NCBI GenBank assembly: GCA_963512655.1
Contig: CAUPNL010000002.1
Coordinates: 112,748 to 176,747 of the forward strand
Direction: 5' to 3'
Source: an uncultured Limnohabitans sp.
GTDB lineage: Bacteria; Pseudomonadota; Gammaproteobacteria; Burkholderiales; Burkholderiaceae_C
DNA: 64,000 bases
The notes beneath the pieces are model-generated. The model was not told the DNA's origin. It was given only the letters and a program-made list of their open reading frames with translations, and ran no database searches. Of the stretch, positions 7,633-17,084 are shown one piece after another; within the stretch, counting starts at the first letter, position 1, and the number at the start of each line of letters is the position of its first letter. The translations under genes and the position numbers were made by a program.

Positions 7633-8664
7633 ATGAGTTTCAACATCACGGTCCAACCCAGCGGCCGCGCATTCACCGCCACTTCTGACGAAACCTTGCT
7701 GGCCGCAGGCCTGCGCCAAGGCATTGGCCTGCCCTACGGCTGCAAAGACGGCGCTTGCGGCTCCTGCAAGTGCAAAAAGATTTCGGGCGAAGTGACCCAC
7801 GGCAAACACCAAGAAAAAGCCCTCAGCCCTGAAGAAGCGGCCAACGGCTTTGTGCTCACCTGCTGCGCTACTGCGCACAGCGATGTGGTGCTGGAGTCAC
7901 GCCAAGTGGTGGAAGAAGGCGCCTTCCCCATCAAGAAGATGCCCGTGCGTGTGGTCTCGCTGGAGAAAGCCTCACACGACGTGATGATCGTCAAGCTGCA
8001 ACTGCCCGCCACTGACCCGATGAAATTCCATGCAGGTCAGTACGTGGACTTTCTGTTGCGTGACGGCGACCGCCGCAGCTACTCGATGGCCAATGCACCG
8101 CACACCTTTGTTGAAGGCTCTCCAGCGATTGAGCTTCACATCCGTCACATGCCCGGTGGCAAATTCACCGACCACGTGTTTGGCGCGATGAAAGAAAAAG
8201 AAATCCAACGCATCGAAGGCCCACAAGGTAGCTTCTTCTTGCGCGAGGACTCTGACAAACCGTTGGTGTTCTTGGCCTCTGGCACTGGCTTTGCCCCCAT
8301 CAAGGCCATCTTGGAGCACATGCAGCATAAGGGCATCACGCGCCCCGTGACGCTCTACTGGGGTGGTCGCCGCCCTGCAGATCTCTACATGCACAACTGG
8401 GTGCAAGCGCAAGTTGCTGCCATGCCCAACCTCACCTACGTGCCCGTGGTGTCTGACGCATTGCCGGAAGACAACTGGACAGGCCGTACAGGCTTTGTGC
8501 ACGCTGCCGTTTTGCAAGACCAAGCTGACCTCAGTGGCCATCAGGTGTATGCCTGTGGCGCGCCTATCGTGGTCGACTCGGCCCGCGCTGCTTATACGCA
8601 AGCAGGTTTGCCGTCGGACGAGTTCTATGCTGACTCGTTCACCTCTGCGGCTGACAAGCTCTAA
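7633..8664 (+). CDS. 2Fe-2S ferredoxin--NAD(P) reductase (CDP-6-deoxy-delta-3,4-glucoseen reductase-like)
   Basis: PYGCKDGACGSCKC...LTCC 2Fe-2S domain, RRSYSMAN FAD motif, ASGTGFAP, YACG. Confidence 0.92.
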   Translation: MSFNITVQPSGRAFTATSDETLLAAGLRQGIGLPYGCKDGACGSCKCKKISGEVTHGKHQEKALSPEEAANGFVLTCCATAHSDVVLESRQVVEEGAFPIKKMPVRVVSLEKASHDVMIVKLQLPATDPMKFHAGQYVDFLLRDGDRRSYSMANAPHTFVEGSPAIELHIRHMPGGKFTDHVFGAMKEKEIQRIEGPQGSFFLREDSDKPLVFLASGTGFAPIKAILEHMQHKGITRPVTLYWGGRRPADLYMHNWVQAQVAAMPNLTYVPVVSDALPEDNWTGRTGFVHAAVLQDQADLSGHQVYACGAPIVVDSARAAYTQAGLPSDEFYADSFTSAADKL

Positions 8665-8677
8665 ACACGAGACCACC

Positions 8678-9688
8678 ATGCAAAGCCCTCACACATCCCC
8701 ACGCCGCCAATTGCTTCGTCTCTTGCCTGCCTTGTTGAGTTTGGGTGCAGGGTTTTGCATAACAAGCGCGCACGCGCAAAACTTTCCTAACAAACAAATA
8801 CGTTGGATCGTGGTGGCCCCCGCAGGTTCGTCGCTTGACGTCATTGCGCGCGCCATGCAAGACAAGCTCAAAGACAACTTGGGTCAAACCGTTGTCATTG
8901 AAAACAAGCCACAAGCAGGTGGCACCTTGGGCACCAACGAGGTGGCCAAGTCAGCCCCCGATGGCCACACCTGGGTCATGTCGTACAACGGCCCTCTGTC
9001 GTTTGCACCTTACCTGTACCCCAAGCTGCCTTATCAGCCGCTGAAAGATTTGCAACCTGTGATGACCACCACATCGCAACCCAACGTGATTGCGGTCAAC
9101 GCTCAACTGCCGGTGAGCACAATGCGTGAAGCCATTGCGCTGATGAAAACATCGCCTGGCAAATACAACTTTGCATCGGTGGGCAACGGCAGCTCGTCAC
9201 ATTTGACGATGGAGTACATCAAGGCCGTGACCAACACCTATGCGGTACACATCCCCTTCAATGGCAGCCCACCTGCTGTCATGGCCACTATGTCGGGTGA
9301 AACACAGTTCATGGCCTCGGTACCCACCGTGATTGCACCGCAAGTCAAACAAGGTCGTTTGAAATATTTGGCCGTCACCAGCGCACACCGCTATACGTTG
9401 CTGCCAGACGTCCCCACTGTGGCTGAAAGCGGCGTGCCTGAACTCAAAGGTTTTGAAGCTTTGGCATGGAACGGTGTGTTGGTGGCCGCAGGCACACCAC
9501 GCGATGTGGTGGACCGCATCAACAGCGCACTGAACGCAGCCATCCACGATGCCTCCGTGAAAGAACGACTCAAAGCTGCTGGCCTTGAACCCGTAGGCGG
9601 CACGCCCGAACAATTCGCGAAATTGATTCACGACGAGTCCATCAAATGGGCACCCATCATCAAACGATCAGGAGCACGCATTGACTAA
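8678..9688 (+). CDS. Bug/TctC-family substrate-binding protein
   Basis: Signal peptide ending AHAQ, FPNKQIRWIV, ENKPQAGG, GNGSSSHL; ATG 8678 preferred to the 8363 extension. Confidence 0.92.
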   Translation: MQSPHTSPRRQLLRLLPALLSLGAGFCITSAHAQNFPNKQIRWIVVAPAGSSLDVIARAMQDKLKDNLGQTVVIENKPQAGGTLGTNEVAKSAPDGHTWVMSYNGPLSFAPYLYPKLPYQPLKDLQPVMTTTSQPNVIAVNAQLPVSTMREAIALMKTSPGKYNFASVGNGSSSHLTMEYIKAVTNTYAVHIPFNGSPPAVMATMSGETQFMASVPTVIAPQVKQGRLKYLAVTSAHRYTLLPDVPTVAESGVPELKGFEALAWNGVLVAAGTPRDVVDRINSALNAAIHDASVKERLKAAGLEPVGGTPEQFAKLIHDESIKWAPIIKRSGARID

Positions 9689-10664
9689 TTTATTTGCTAT
9701 TTCGAGAGTGACTGCAGCACTCGTGATGTGCTTGTGTAGCTTTCAATCCGCCCATGCACAAACGCCCGTTAAACCTATTCGCTTGATCGTGCCCTATGCA
9801 GCAGGTGGACCGATTGATGTCACAGCGCGCGCTTTGGCGGAACGCGTTAAAGACAGCTTAGGTACCGTCATCATCGAAAACCGTCCAGGTGCAGGTGGCA
9901 ACATCGGTGCCGACACGGTGGCCAAAGCGACGCCAGATGGCACCGTGATTGGCATTGCGGCAACGGCCACGCATGCGGTCAATCCTTGGCTTTACAGCCG
10001 AATGCCCTACAACGCGGCAACAGACTTCGCGCCCATCACGCAAATGTTGCGCGTGCCGAATGTGTTGGTGATGAATGCAGACACGGCCAAACGCCTGCAC
10101 ATTGCCACCTTGCAAGATTTCCTGCGCTATGCACGTGCCAACCCAGGCAAACTCAACTACGGTTCGGGTGGCAATGGCAGTGCTGGTCACCTAGCTGGCG
10201 AATTATTCAAAACACGAGCCGGTATTTTTGCGGTGCATATTCCTTATAACGGCGGCAACCCAGCACAACTCGCTTTGCTCGCAGGTCATGTCGATTTCAA
10301 TTTCGACAACCTTGCGACCGCTGCACCCAATATCAAGAGCGGCAAACTCTTGGCGCTGGCTGTCACCACACCCACACGAAGCGCAGCATTGCCAGAAGTA
10401 CCCGCCATTGCTGAAAATCTGAAAGATTTCTCAGTTGATACGTGGTGGGGTTTGGTCGCACCAGCTGGCACGCCTGCGAGTGTGATTCAGCGTTTGAACC
10501 AAGCCTTTGTACAGGCCTTGAACGCGCCAGAAACAAAAACGAGGTTCGCCAGTCTGATGGCCGAACCTGTGCCAAGCACCCCCTCAGCGTTTGGCCAATT
10601 CATGGCCTCTGAACTTTCAAAATACGAATCCGTGGTGAAAGCCAGCGGTGCACGCGTAGACTAA
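9681..10664 (+). CDS. Bug/TctC-family substrate-binding protein
   Basis: KPIRLIVPYAAGGPID, ENRPGAGGNIG, NYGSGGNGSAGHLA; TTG start after GGAG, overlapping previous stop. Confidence 0.93.
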   Translation: MTNLFAISRVTAALVMCLCSFQSAHAQTPVKPIRLIVPYAAGGPIDVTARALAERVKDSLGTVIIENRPGAGGNIGADTVAKATPDGTVIGIAATATHAVNPWLYSRMPYNAATDFAPITQMLRVPNVLVMNADTAKRLHIATLQDFLRYARANPGKLNYGSGGNGSAGHLAGELFKTRAGIFAVHIPYNGGNPAQLALLAGHVDFNFDNLATAAPNIKSGKLLALAVTTPTRSAALPEVPAIAENLKDFSVDTWWGLVAPAGTPASVIQRLNQAFVQALNAPETKTRFASLMAEPVPSTPSAFGQFMASELSKYESVVKASGARVD

Positions 10665-10669
10665 ACCAC

Positions 10670-11446
10670 ATGGATCTCATCACACCCCACCCAGCGCTTG
10701 AGGTCAAAGACATCGAGATGGTTCGCCCCATGCACTGGCTCGCGCTGGCATGGAAGGACATGGAACGCTGCCCAACGCCGGGGGTCATGCACGGCCTCAT
10801 CTTGGCGCTGATTTGTGGGGGCTTGTTTTGGTTTGCACGCCACGAGTTTTGGTGGATCGCAGCCATGCTGTCCGTCAGCATGATCGTGGCGCCCTTACTG
10901 GCCATGGGGCTGTACGACATCAGCCGCCGCTTAGAGCGCAACGAAGAAGCCACCTTGGCAGATGCGTTTCGCATTTGGACTTGCGGCGACAAACGTTTGA
11001 TTCAATTCGGTTTGTTGCTGGCTTTGTCGAGCGCTGGTTGGTTGATTTGCTCAGCCGCTTTGATTCACTGGATGCTACCGGCCAGCGTCCACACACCCAC
11101 CGACTTCATTCGCTTGGTGGTGCTGCAACCGAACTTTGGTTTGTTTGAGATTTGGGTACTGATGAGCGCCCTGATTGCAGCCCCCATGTTTGCATCTACC
11201 TTGGTGACCATCCCTTTGCTGATGGACCACCCCACACTCACCGTGCAACAAGCCGTGCTGACGAGTTGGCGCGTAGTGGCTTTGAACCCATTCGCCATGG
11301 CGTGTTGGGCTGGCATTTTGTGTTTGTTTACAGCGCTGGGCATTGGTTCAGCCTTTTTAGGCTTGCTCGGTGTGGTGCCCATGTTGGGACACGCCAGCTG
11401 GCACGCTTACCGGGACCTGGTCACTTACGACCCATCGGTCCACTGA
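10670..11446 (+). CDS. Integral membrane protein, DUF2189-like
   Basis: WLALAWKD, PLLAMGLYDISRRLE, PMLGHASWHAYRDLV motifs; about 6 TM segments. Confidence 0.75.
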   Translation: MDLITPHPALEVKDIEMVRPMHWLALAWKDMERCPTPGVMHGLILALICGGLFWFARHEFWWIAAMLSVSMIVAPLLAMGLYDISRRLERNEEATLADAFRIWTCGDKRLIQFGLLLALSSAGWLICSAALIHWMLPASVHTPTDFIRLVVLQPNFGLFEIWVLMSALIAAPMFASTLVTIPLLMDHPTLTVQQAVLTSWRVVALNPFAMACWAGILCLFTALGIGSAFLGLLGVVPMLGHASWHAYRDLVTYDPSVH

Positions 11447-11452
11447 GTTTTT

Positions 11453-11653
11453 ATGACAGAAGAACAATTCGCCCAATTCGGGCTAACCTTTGGCGTGGGC
11501 GGCTTCATGCTGTACATGCTGTTCATTATTTTTCAGCTCGCGCGTGAATCCAAAGCCGGAAAGTTCGGCACCTTTGTGTTGTTCTTGGTGCTGGCCTTTG
11601 GCATGCTGGGCTTTGTGGCCAAGCAAGTGTTGATTTGGATGATGGAGGGCTAA
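11453..11653 (+). CDS. Small membrane protein, DUF2788-like
   Basis: 66 aa, LARESKAGKFGTFVLFLVL motif. Confidence 0.75.
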   Translation: MTEEQFAQFGLTFGVGGFMLYMLFIIFQLARESKAGKFGTFVLFLVLAFGMLGFVAKQVLIWMMEG

Positions 11654-11678
11654 GCTCTCCTCTTTTCAAAGCGCAGGC

Positions 11679-12407
11679 TTATTCGCCCAAATACGCTTCG
11701 CGTACTTTGGAGTCATGCAGCATCTCATGTGCGTCGCCACTCAAGGTGATCAAGCCCGACTCCATCACATAGCCACGGTCTGCAATTTGCAGGGCTCGGC
11801 TGGCGTTTTGTTCCACCAACAAAATCGTCACACCTTGCGCTGACACGTCTTGAATCACCTCGAAGATTTTGTCCACCATGATGGGTGACAAGCCCATCGA
11901 AGGCTCATCGAGCAACAGCACTTTGGGGCGGCTCATCAACGCACGGCCCATGGCCAACATTTGCTGCTCACCACCCGACATCGTGCCCGCCAATTGATCG
12001 CGACGTTCTTTCAAACGCGGAAAGGTGATGAACACACGTTCGATGTCTTCGGCAATGGCCGCGTTGTCATCGCGGATGTACGCACCCATTTGCAGGTTCT
12101 CAACAATGGTCATGCGGGTGAACACGCCACGGCCTTCAGGGACCATCGCCAGGCCTTGTTGCACCAAATCCCAAGGACCTTGGCCGTCAATGGTTTTGCC
12201 CGCCAACTCAATGTGGCCACCACCCAAAGGCAGCAGCCCCGTGATGGCTTTCATGGTGGTGGTTTTACCCGCGCCGTTAGAGCCGATGAGCGAGACCAAC
12301 TCGCCCTCGCGCACCTCTAGGCTCACGCCTTTGACGGCTTGAATGCCGCCGTAGCCCACCAACACATTGCTGACCTTCAGCAACACAGTTGCGTTGTCGT
12401 GTTTCAT
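11679..12407 (-). CDS. livF: Branched-chain amino acid ABC transporter ATP-binding protein
   Basis: GSNGAGKTT, VPEGRGVF, MSGGEQQMLAMGRALM, DEPSMGL. Confidence 0.95.
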   Translation of the reverse strand: MKHDNATVLLKVSNVLVGYGGIQAVKGVSLEVREGELVSLIGSNGAGKTTTMKAITGLLPLGGGHIELAGKTIDGQGPWDLVQQGLAMVPEGRGVFTRMTIVENLQMGAYIRDDNAAIAEDIERVFITFPRLKERRDQLAGTMSGGEQQMLAMGRALMSRPKVLLLDEPSMGLSPIMVDKIFEVIQDVSAQGVTILLVEQNASRALQIADRGYVMESGLITLSGDAHEMLHDSKVREAYLGE

Positions 12408-12408
12408 C

Positions 12409-13191
12409 TCAATGCCCCTCATGCTCTGATTGCGTGCCTAGATAGGCTTCAATCACTTGCGGGTTGCGCTGCACCTCAGCAGGTGTGCCTTGGGCAATCA
12501 CTTTGCCGTAGTCGAGCACCGTCACGCGATCGCACAGGCCCATGACCAACTTCACATCATGTTCAATCAACAGCACGGTGCGGTGGTCACGGCGAATTTT
12601 GTCGATCAGTTCGCGCAGCTGCACTTTTTCGGTGGCGTTCATGCCAGCGGCAGGCTCGTCGAGTGCAATGAGTTGCGGGTCGGTCGCCAAAGCACGGGCA
12701 ATTTCTAAGCGGCGTTGATCGCCATAGCTCAGCGTGCGTGCTTTGTAATCGGCCAAGCTGGCGATACCCACATAGTCCAACAGCTCACGCGCGCGTTGCT
12801 CGATCGCCAACTCTTCCGCTTTGAATTTAGCCGTTCTGAAAATCGCGCCGAGCAAACCAGAGCGGGTGCGCACATGGCGGCCCACCATCACGTTTTCTAA
12901 CGCGGTCATCTCAGCAAACAAACGGATGTTTTGAAACGTGCGTGCAATACCCGCCTGCGCCACCAAGTGGACGTCCGTGGGTTCATACGGTTTGCCTGCC
13001 AGCTCAAAGCTGCCGCTGTCGGGCGTGTACAAGCCTGTGATGACGTTGAAGAAGGTGGTCTTGCCAGCGCCGTTGGGGCCGATCAGGCCATAGACCTGAC
13101 CGCGCTCAATTTGCATGCGCACGTCTGTCAAGGCCTGCAAACCACCGAAGCGTTTGGAGATGCCCGAGACATTCAACACGAGGTCGCTCAT
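12409..13191 (-). CDS. livG: Branched-chain amino acid ABC transporter ATP-binding protein
   Basis: GPNGAGKTT, RTFQNIRLF, LSYGDQRRLEIARAL, DEPAAGMN. Confidence 0.95.
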   Translation of the reverse strand: MSDLVLNVSGISKRFGGLQALTDVRMQIERGQVYGLIGPNGAGKTTFFNVITGLYTPDSGSFELAGKPYEPTDVHLVAQAGIARTFQNIRLFAEMTALENVMVGRHVRTRSGLLGAIFRTAKFKAEELAIEQRARELLDYVGIASLADYKARTLSYGDQRRLEIARALATDPQLIALDEPAAGMNATEKVQLRELIDKIRRDHRTVLLIEHDVKLVMGLCDRVTVLDYGKVIAQGTPAEVQRNPQVIEAYLGTQSEHEGH

Positions 13192-14276
13192 CGCGCACCT
13201 CCTTGTGGGTTGCGGTTTTTGCCATGTTCAGGTGTGGGCCACAAACCGCGTGGCCGCCACAACATGATGGTGACCATGGCCAAGGCAATCAGCAACTGGC
13301 GCAAGATGGCAGCGTCCAAACGGCCATCGGTCATGGCCTGCAAAGGCCCCGCCACATAGCGCAACATTTCGGGCAAAGCAGCCAACAACACCGCACCCAA
13401 GATGACGCCTGGCAAATGGCCCAAGCCACCCAGTACCACCATGGCCACAATCATCACCGACTCCATCAGGCTGAAGGACTCGGGCGACACAAAGCCTTGG
13501 AAGGCCGCAAACATCGCACCTGAAATACCGCCAAACGTGGCCCCCATGCCAAAGGCCATGAGCTTCAAGTTGCGCGTGTTCAGGCCCATGGCTTTGGCGG
13601 CAATTTCGTCTTCACGAATCGCCATCCAAGCGCGACCAATGCGCGAGTATTCAAGGCGGTGACAAATCGCCACACTCACCACCACCAGCGTGAGGAACAG
13701 GTAGTAATACAGCGTGACCGAAGGCAACTCGATGAAGCCCAAATCCAAGCGCTTCGACAACGGGTAGCCAAACACGCTCACTGCATCAATCTGCCCCAAG
13801 CCCTTGGGGCCATTGGTGATGTTGACAGGGTGATCAAGGTTGTTCAAAAACACGCGAATGATTTCGCCAAAGCCCAAGGTGACGATGGCCAAGTAGTCAC
13901 CACGCAGCTTCAAGGTGGGCGCGCCCAACAGCACGCCAAACAAACCAGCCAAACCTGCTGCCAACGGCAACACCAGCCAAAGGCTCAGATGCAAACCATC
14001 GGGAAACATCACCGCAATCCACGGAAACACTTCAGTCAAATGCGGCGAAGCCAACAGGCCAAACAAATACGCGCCCACGGCAAAGAACGCCACATAGCCC
14101 AAGTCAAGCAGACCTGCATAGCCCACCACAATGTTCAAGCCAAGCGCCAGCAATACATACAACAGCGACATGTCGGCAATGCGCACCCAAGCATTGCCAA
14201 AGTTTTGCAGCACCAGCGGCAACACCAGCAGCACAACGGCCATGAGCCAACGGTTAGAAAAGAGTTTGTGTGTCAT
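13188..14276 (-). CDS. livM: Branched-chain amino acid ABC transporter permease
   Basis: GLNIVVGYAGLLDLGY, LRGDYLAIVTLGFGEI, AIREDEIAA. Confidence 0.94.
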   Translation of the reverse strand: MTHKLFSNRWLMAVVLLVLPLVLQNFGNAWVRIADMSLLYVLLALGLNIVVGYAGLLDLGYVAFFAVGAYLFGLLASPHLTEVFPWIAVMFPDGLHLSLWLVLPLAAGLAGLFGVLLGAPTLKLRGDYLAIVTLGFGEIIRVFLNNLDHPVNITNGPKGLGQIDAVSVFGYPLSKRLDLGFIELPSVTLYYYLFLTLVVVSVAICHRLEYSRIGRAWMAIREDEIAAKAMGLNTRNLKLMAFGMGATFGGISGAMFAAFQGFVSPESFSLMESVMIVAMVVLGGLGHLPGVILGAVLLAALPEMLRYVAGPLQAMTDGRLDAAILRQLLIALAMVTIMLWRPRGLWPTPEHGKNRNPQGGAR

Positions 14277-14281
14277 GGTGA

Positions 14282-15211
14282 TCAAGCCCTGTCTGCCACG
14301 CGCTCACCCAGCAGGCCCGAGGGGCGCAGCGTGAGCGTGATGATCAACACCACAAACGCCAAGATGTCGGTGTAGTGGCTGCCCAGCACACCGCCGGTGA
14401 GCTCGCCCAAGTAGCCTGAGCCAATCGATTCAATCAGGCCCAGCAGCAAGCCGCCCAGCACTGCACCGCCTAAGTTACCAATACCGCCAAACACCGCTGC
14501 TGTAAACGCTTTGAGGCCAGGTAAGAAACCCATGGCGTGATGCGCTGTGCCGTAGTTCATGGCCCACATCACACCCGCAATCGTGGCCAACACTGCACCA
14601 ATGATGAAGGTGGCAGAAATCACCACATCAGGCTTCACGCCCATGAGGCTGGCCACGCGTGGGTTCTCAGCCGTCGCGCGCATGGCGCGGCCCAGCTTGG
14701 TGCGATTGACCAGCCACGACAACACAGCCAAGGCCACTACGGTGAGGCCCAAAATCATGAGCTGCGTAGGCGTAATCACCGCCTCACCAATTTCAAACGG
14801 CGTGGTGGGCAACAGTGCAGGGAAAGGCTTGTAGTTGGGCTTCCACACAATCATGGCCAGCGTTTGCAGCAAGATAGACATACCAATGGCGGTGATGAGC
14901 GGGGCCAGCTTGGGCGCATTGCGCAACGGACGATACGCAATTTTTTCAATCGCGTAGTTCAACGCCGCCGCCGCCGCAGAGGCCACCACCATCGAGATGA
15001 TCAGCACCACCCAACCCGGTGTGTCGGGCATGAGCGGCTGCAATAACCCAATGACCGACCAACTGCACAAAGCACCAATCATCAACACCTCGCCATGTGC
15101 GAAGTTGATGAGGTTGATGATGCCGTAGACCATGGTGTAACCCAAAGCCACCAGCGCGTACATGCTGCCGAGCACCAAGCCGTTGATGACTTGTTGAAGC
15201 AAGACGTCCAT
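14282..15211 (-). CDS. livH: Branched-chain amino acid ABC transporter permease
   Basis: QQVINGLVLGSMYALVALGYTMVYGI..LINFAHG, GLKAFTAAVFGGIG. Confidence 0.95.
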   Translation of the reverse strand: MDVLLQQVINGLVLGSMYALVALGYTMVYGIINLINFAHGEVLMIGALCSWSVIGLLQPLMPDTPGWVVLIISMVVASAAAAALNYAIEKIAYRPLRNAPKLAPLITAIGMSILLQTLAMIVWKPNYKPFPALLPTTPFEIGEAVITPTQLMILGLTVVALAVLSWLVNRTKLGRAMRATAENPRVASLMGVKPDVVISATFIIGAVLATIAGVMWAMNYGTAHHAMGFLPGLKAFTAAVFGGIGNLGGAVLGGLLLGLIESIGSGYLGELTGGVLGSHYTDILAFVVLIITLTLRPSGLLGERVADRA

Positions 15212-15214
15212 TTG

Positions 15215-16504
15215 TTATTTACCTGCTTGTTTGTTTTTGTCGCGCAAGTGGCGCAATTTGTCCGCGATTTTGATCTCTAAACCGCGCTCCACAGGGCGGT
15301 AAAAGCCCGTATTCTCCAAGCCTTCGGGCATGTAGTTTTCGCCCGCTGCAAAACCATCTTCTTCGTCGTGGGCATAGCGGTAGCCCTTGCCCCAGTTCAT
15401 GTCTTTCATCATCTTGGTCGGGGCGTTGCGCAAGTGCATGGGCACGGGACGCGTGCCGTCTTTCTTGATGAGGGCTTTGGCTTCGTTATAAGCCTTGTAA
15501 ACCGCATTCGATTTGGGAGCGACGGCTAAATACACCACGCACTCAGCCAGCGCCAGCTCGCCCTCGGGCGAACCCAAGCGCTCGTACACCTCAGCCGCGT
15601 CCAGCGCCAAGCGCAAAGCGCGTGGGTCGGCCAAGCCAATGTCTTCGGCCGCCATGCGAATCAAACGGCGCGCCATGTATTTGGGCTCGGCCCCACCATC
15701 TAGCATGCGCACCAACCAATACAAAGCCGCATCGGGATCAGAGCCGCGCACCGATTTGTGCAGCGCGCTGATGGTGTCGTAAAACTGTTCGCCGCCTTTG
15801 TCGTAGCGGCGCATGCGCTCGCCCAACACGCGCATCAACCATGCATCGTTGATTTCTTCTAGCTTCTCGCGGTTGGCCGCAACGGACAAGGTTTCAAGCG
15901 TGTTGAGCAATCGACGTGCATCGCCATCGGCATAGGCAATGAGTCGCTCTAAGGCGGCATCTTCCAAAGCAGGCACTGCGCCAATGGCTTGCGCTTTGGC
16001 AATGATTTGCGTGAGGTCTTCCACACTGAGAGACTGCAACACATACACCGCCGCTCGCGAGAGTAAAGCCGAATTCACCTCGAACGACGGGTTCTCAGTC
16101 GTCGCACCAATGAAGGTGAACAAACCCGATTCGACATGCGGCAAAAACGCGTCTTGCTGGCTCTTGTTAAAGCGGTGCACCTCGTCCACAAACATGATGG
16201 TGCGTTTGGGGTCCAGCGAATCGCGGGCGGCAATGGCTTGCTCGACCGACTCTCGAATTTCTTTCACACCGCCCAGCACAGCGCTGATGGACAGAAACTG
16301 CGCATCAAACGCATCGGCCATCAAACGGGCGATGGTGGTTTTACCCACGCCGGGCGGGCCCCACAAAATGCAGCTGTGCGGTTGGCCCGATTCAAACGCC
16401 ACGCGCAACGCCATACCCTCACCCAGCAAATGTTGCTGACCAATGACTTCGCCCAGCGTGCGTGGACGCAAGCGTTCGGCGAGGGGAATGTGGGTGGAGG
16501 ACAC
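15215..16504 (-). CDS. rarA: Replication-associated recombination protein A
   Basis: PLAERLRP, WGPPGVGKTT, DEVHRFNKSQQDAFLP, SALHKSVRGSDPDAA. Confidence 0.96.
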   Translation of the reverse strand: MSSTHIPLAERLRPRTLGEVIGQQHLLGEGMALRVAFESGQPHSCILWGPPGVGKTTIARLMADAFDAQFLSISAVLGGVKEIRESVEQAIAARDSLDPKRTIMFVDEVHRFNKSQQDAFLPHVESGLFTFIGATTENPSFEVNSALLSRAAVYVLQSLSVEDLTQIIAKAQAIGAVPALEDAALERLIAYADGDARRLLNTLETLSVAANREKLEEINDAWLMRVLGERMRRYDKGGEQFYDTISALHKSVRGSDPDAALYWLVRMLDGGAEPKYMARRLIRMAAEDIGLADPRALRLALDAAEVYERLGSPEGELALAECVVYLAVAPKSNAVYKAYNEAKALIKKDGTRPVPMHLRNAPTKMMKDMNWGKGYRYAHDEEDGFAAGENYMPEGLENTGFYRPVERGLEIKIADKLRHLRDKNKQAGK

Positions 16505-16554
16505 GCTTAAAAAGGCTTTGATTTGTACAGGCTCAGAGTGTAGCGAAGGGCTTG

Positions 16555-17076
16555 CTAAGAAGGCAGCAAACCCGCCGCCTGAAACACCTCACGCCAAGCC
16601 TCTAACTTGCGTGCAAACGTCCAACTCGCATGCGCGGGGCTGGTCGATGGCAAACGATGCACAGGCAAGCCCAAAGCGCGGGTGAGCTTGGCGTGTTTGA
16701 AGCTTTCACCGCCGTTGTGCGCAACCACCACGAGCGCGGGGCAACGTGTGCGCAGGCTTGACAAATCATTGGGTTCTGCGTTTTGAATGTTGGCGTCTAG
16801 ACTGCCTTCGCGCTCGCAGGCGGCGTACACATCCCACAAGCCCACACCTTGGCTGAGCAGCCATTGCGCACGATTGGCATAGGGCATGGCCATCACCTCT
16901 GCCACATGGGGCGACAACAGCGTGCCCATGATTTTCCAAAACTGATTTTGCGGATGGCCGTAATACTGCTGCGCGCGCAGCGAGGCCACACCAGGAAAGC
17001 TGCCCAACACGACCAAGCGTGTGTTGACATCCAGCAAAGGCGGCAAGCCTTGCAACACGGGCGTGGCCTGTGTCAT
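16555..17076 (-). CDS. Uracil-DNA glycosylase superfamily protein (DNA-deoxyinosine glycosylase-like)
   Basis: LGSFPGVASL..QQYYGHPQNQFW, GLWDV, LPSTSPAHA. Confidence 0.85.
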   Translation of the reverse strand: MTQATPVLQGLPPLLDVNTRLVVLGSFPGVASLRAQQYYGHPQNQFWKIMGTLLSPHVAEVMAMPYANRAQWLLSQGVGLWDVYAACEREGSLDANIQNAEPNDLSSLRTRCPALVVVAHNGGESFKHAKLTRALGLPVHRLPSTSPAHASWTFARKLEAWREVFQAAGLLPS

Positions 17077-17084
17077 GTCGACGC

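Noticed and set aside
8363-8677. Long N-terminal extensions given by the ORF track (also 21237 rpmB, 27115 ileS, 46684 lolC, 47084 RpfE-like, 58185 ccmG, 62271 ccmB)
   Set aside because: They overlap neighbouring genes; family homology begins at the downstream start codons used in the feature list
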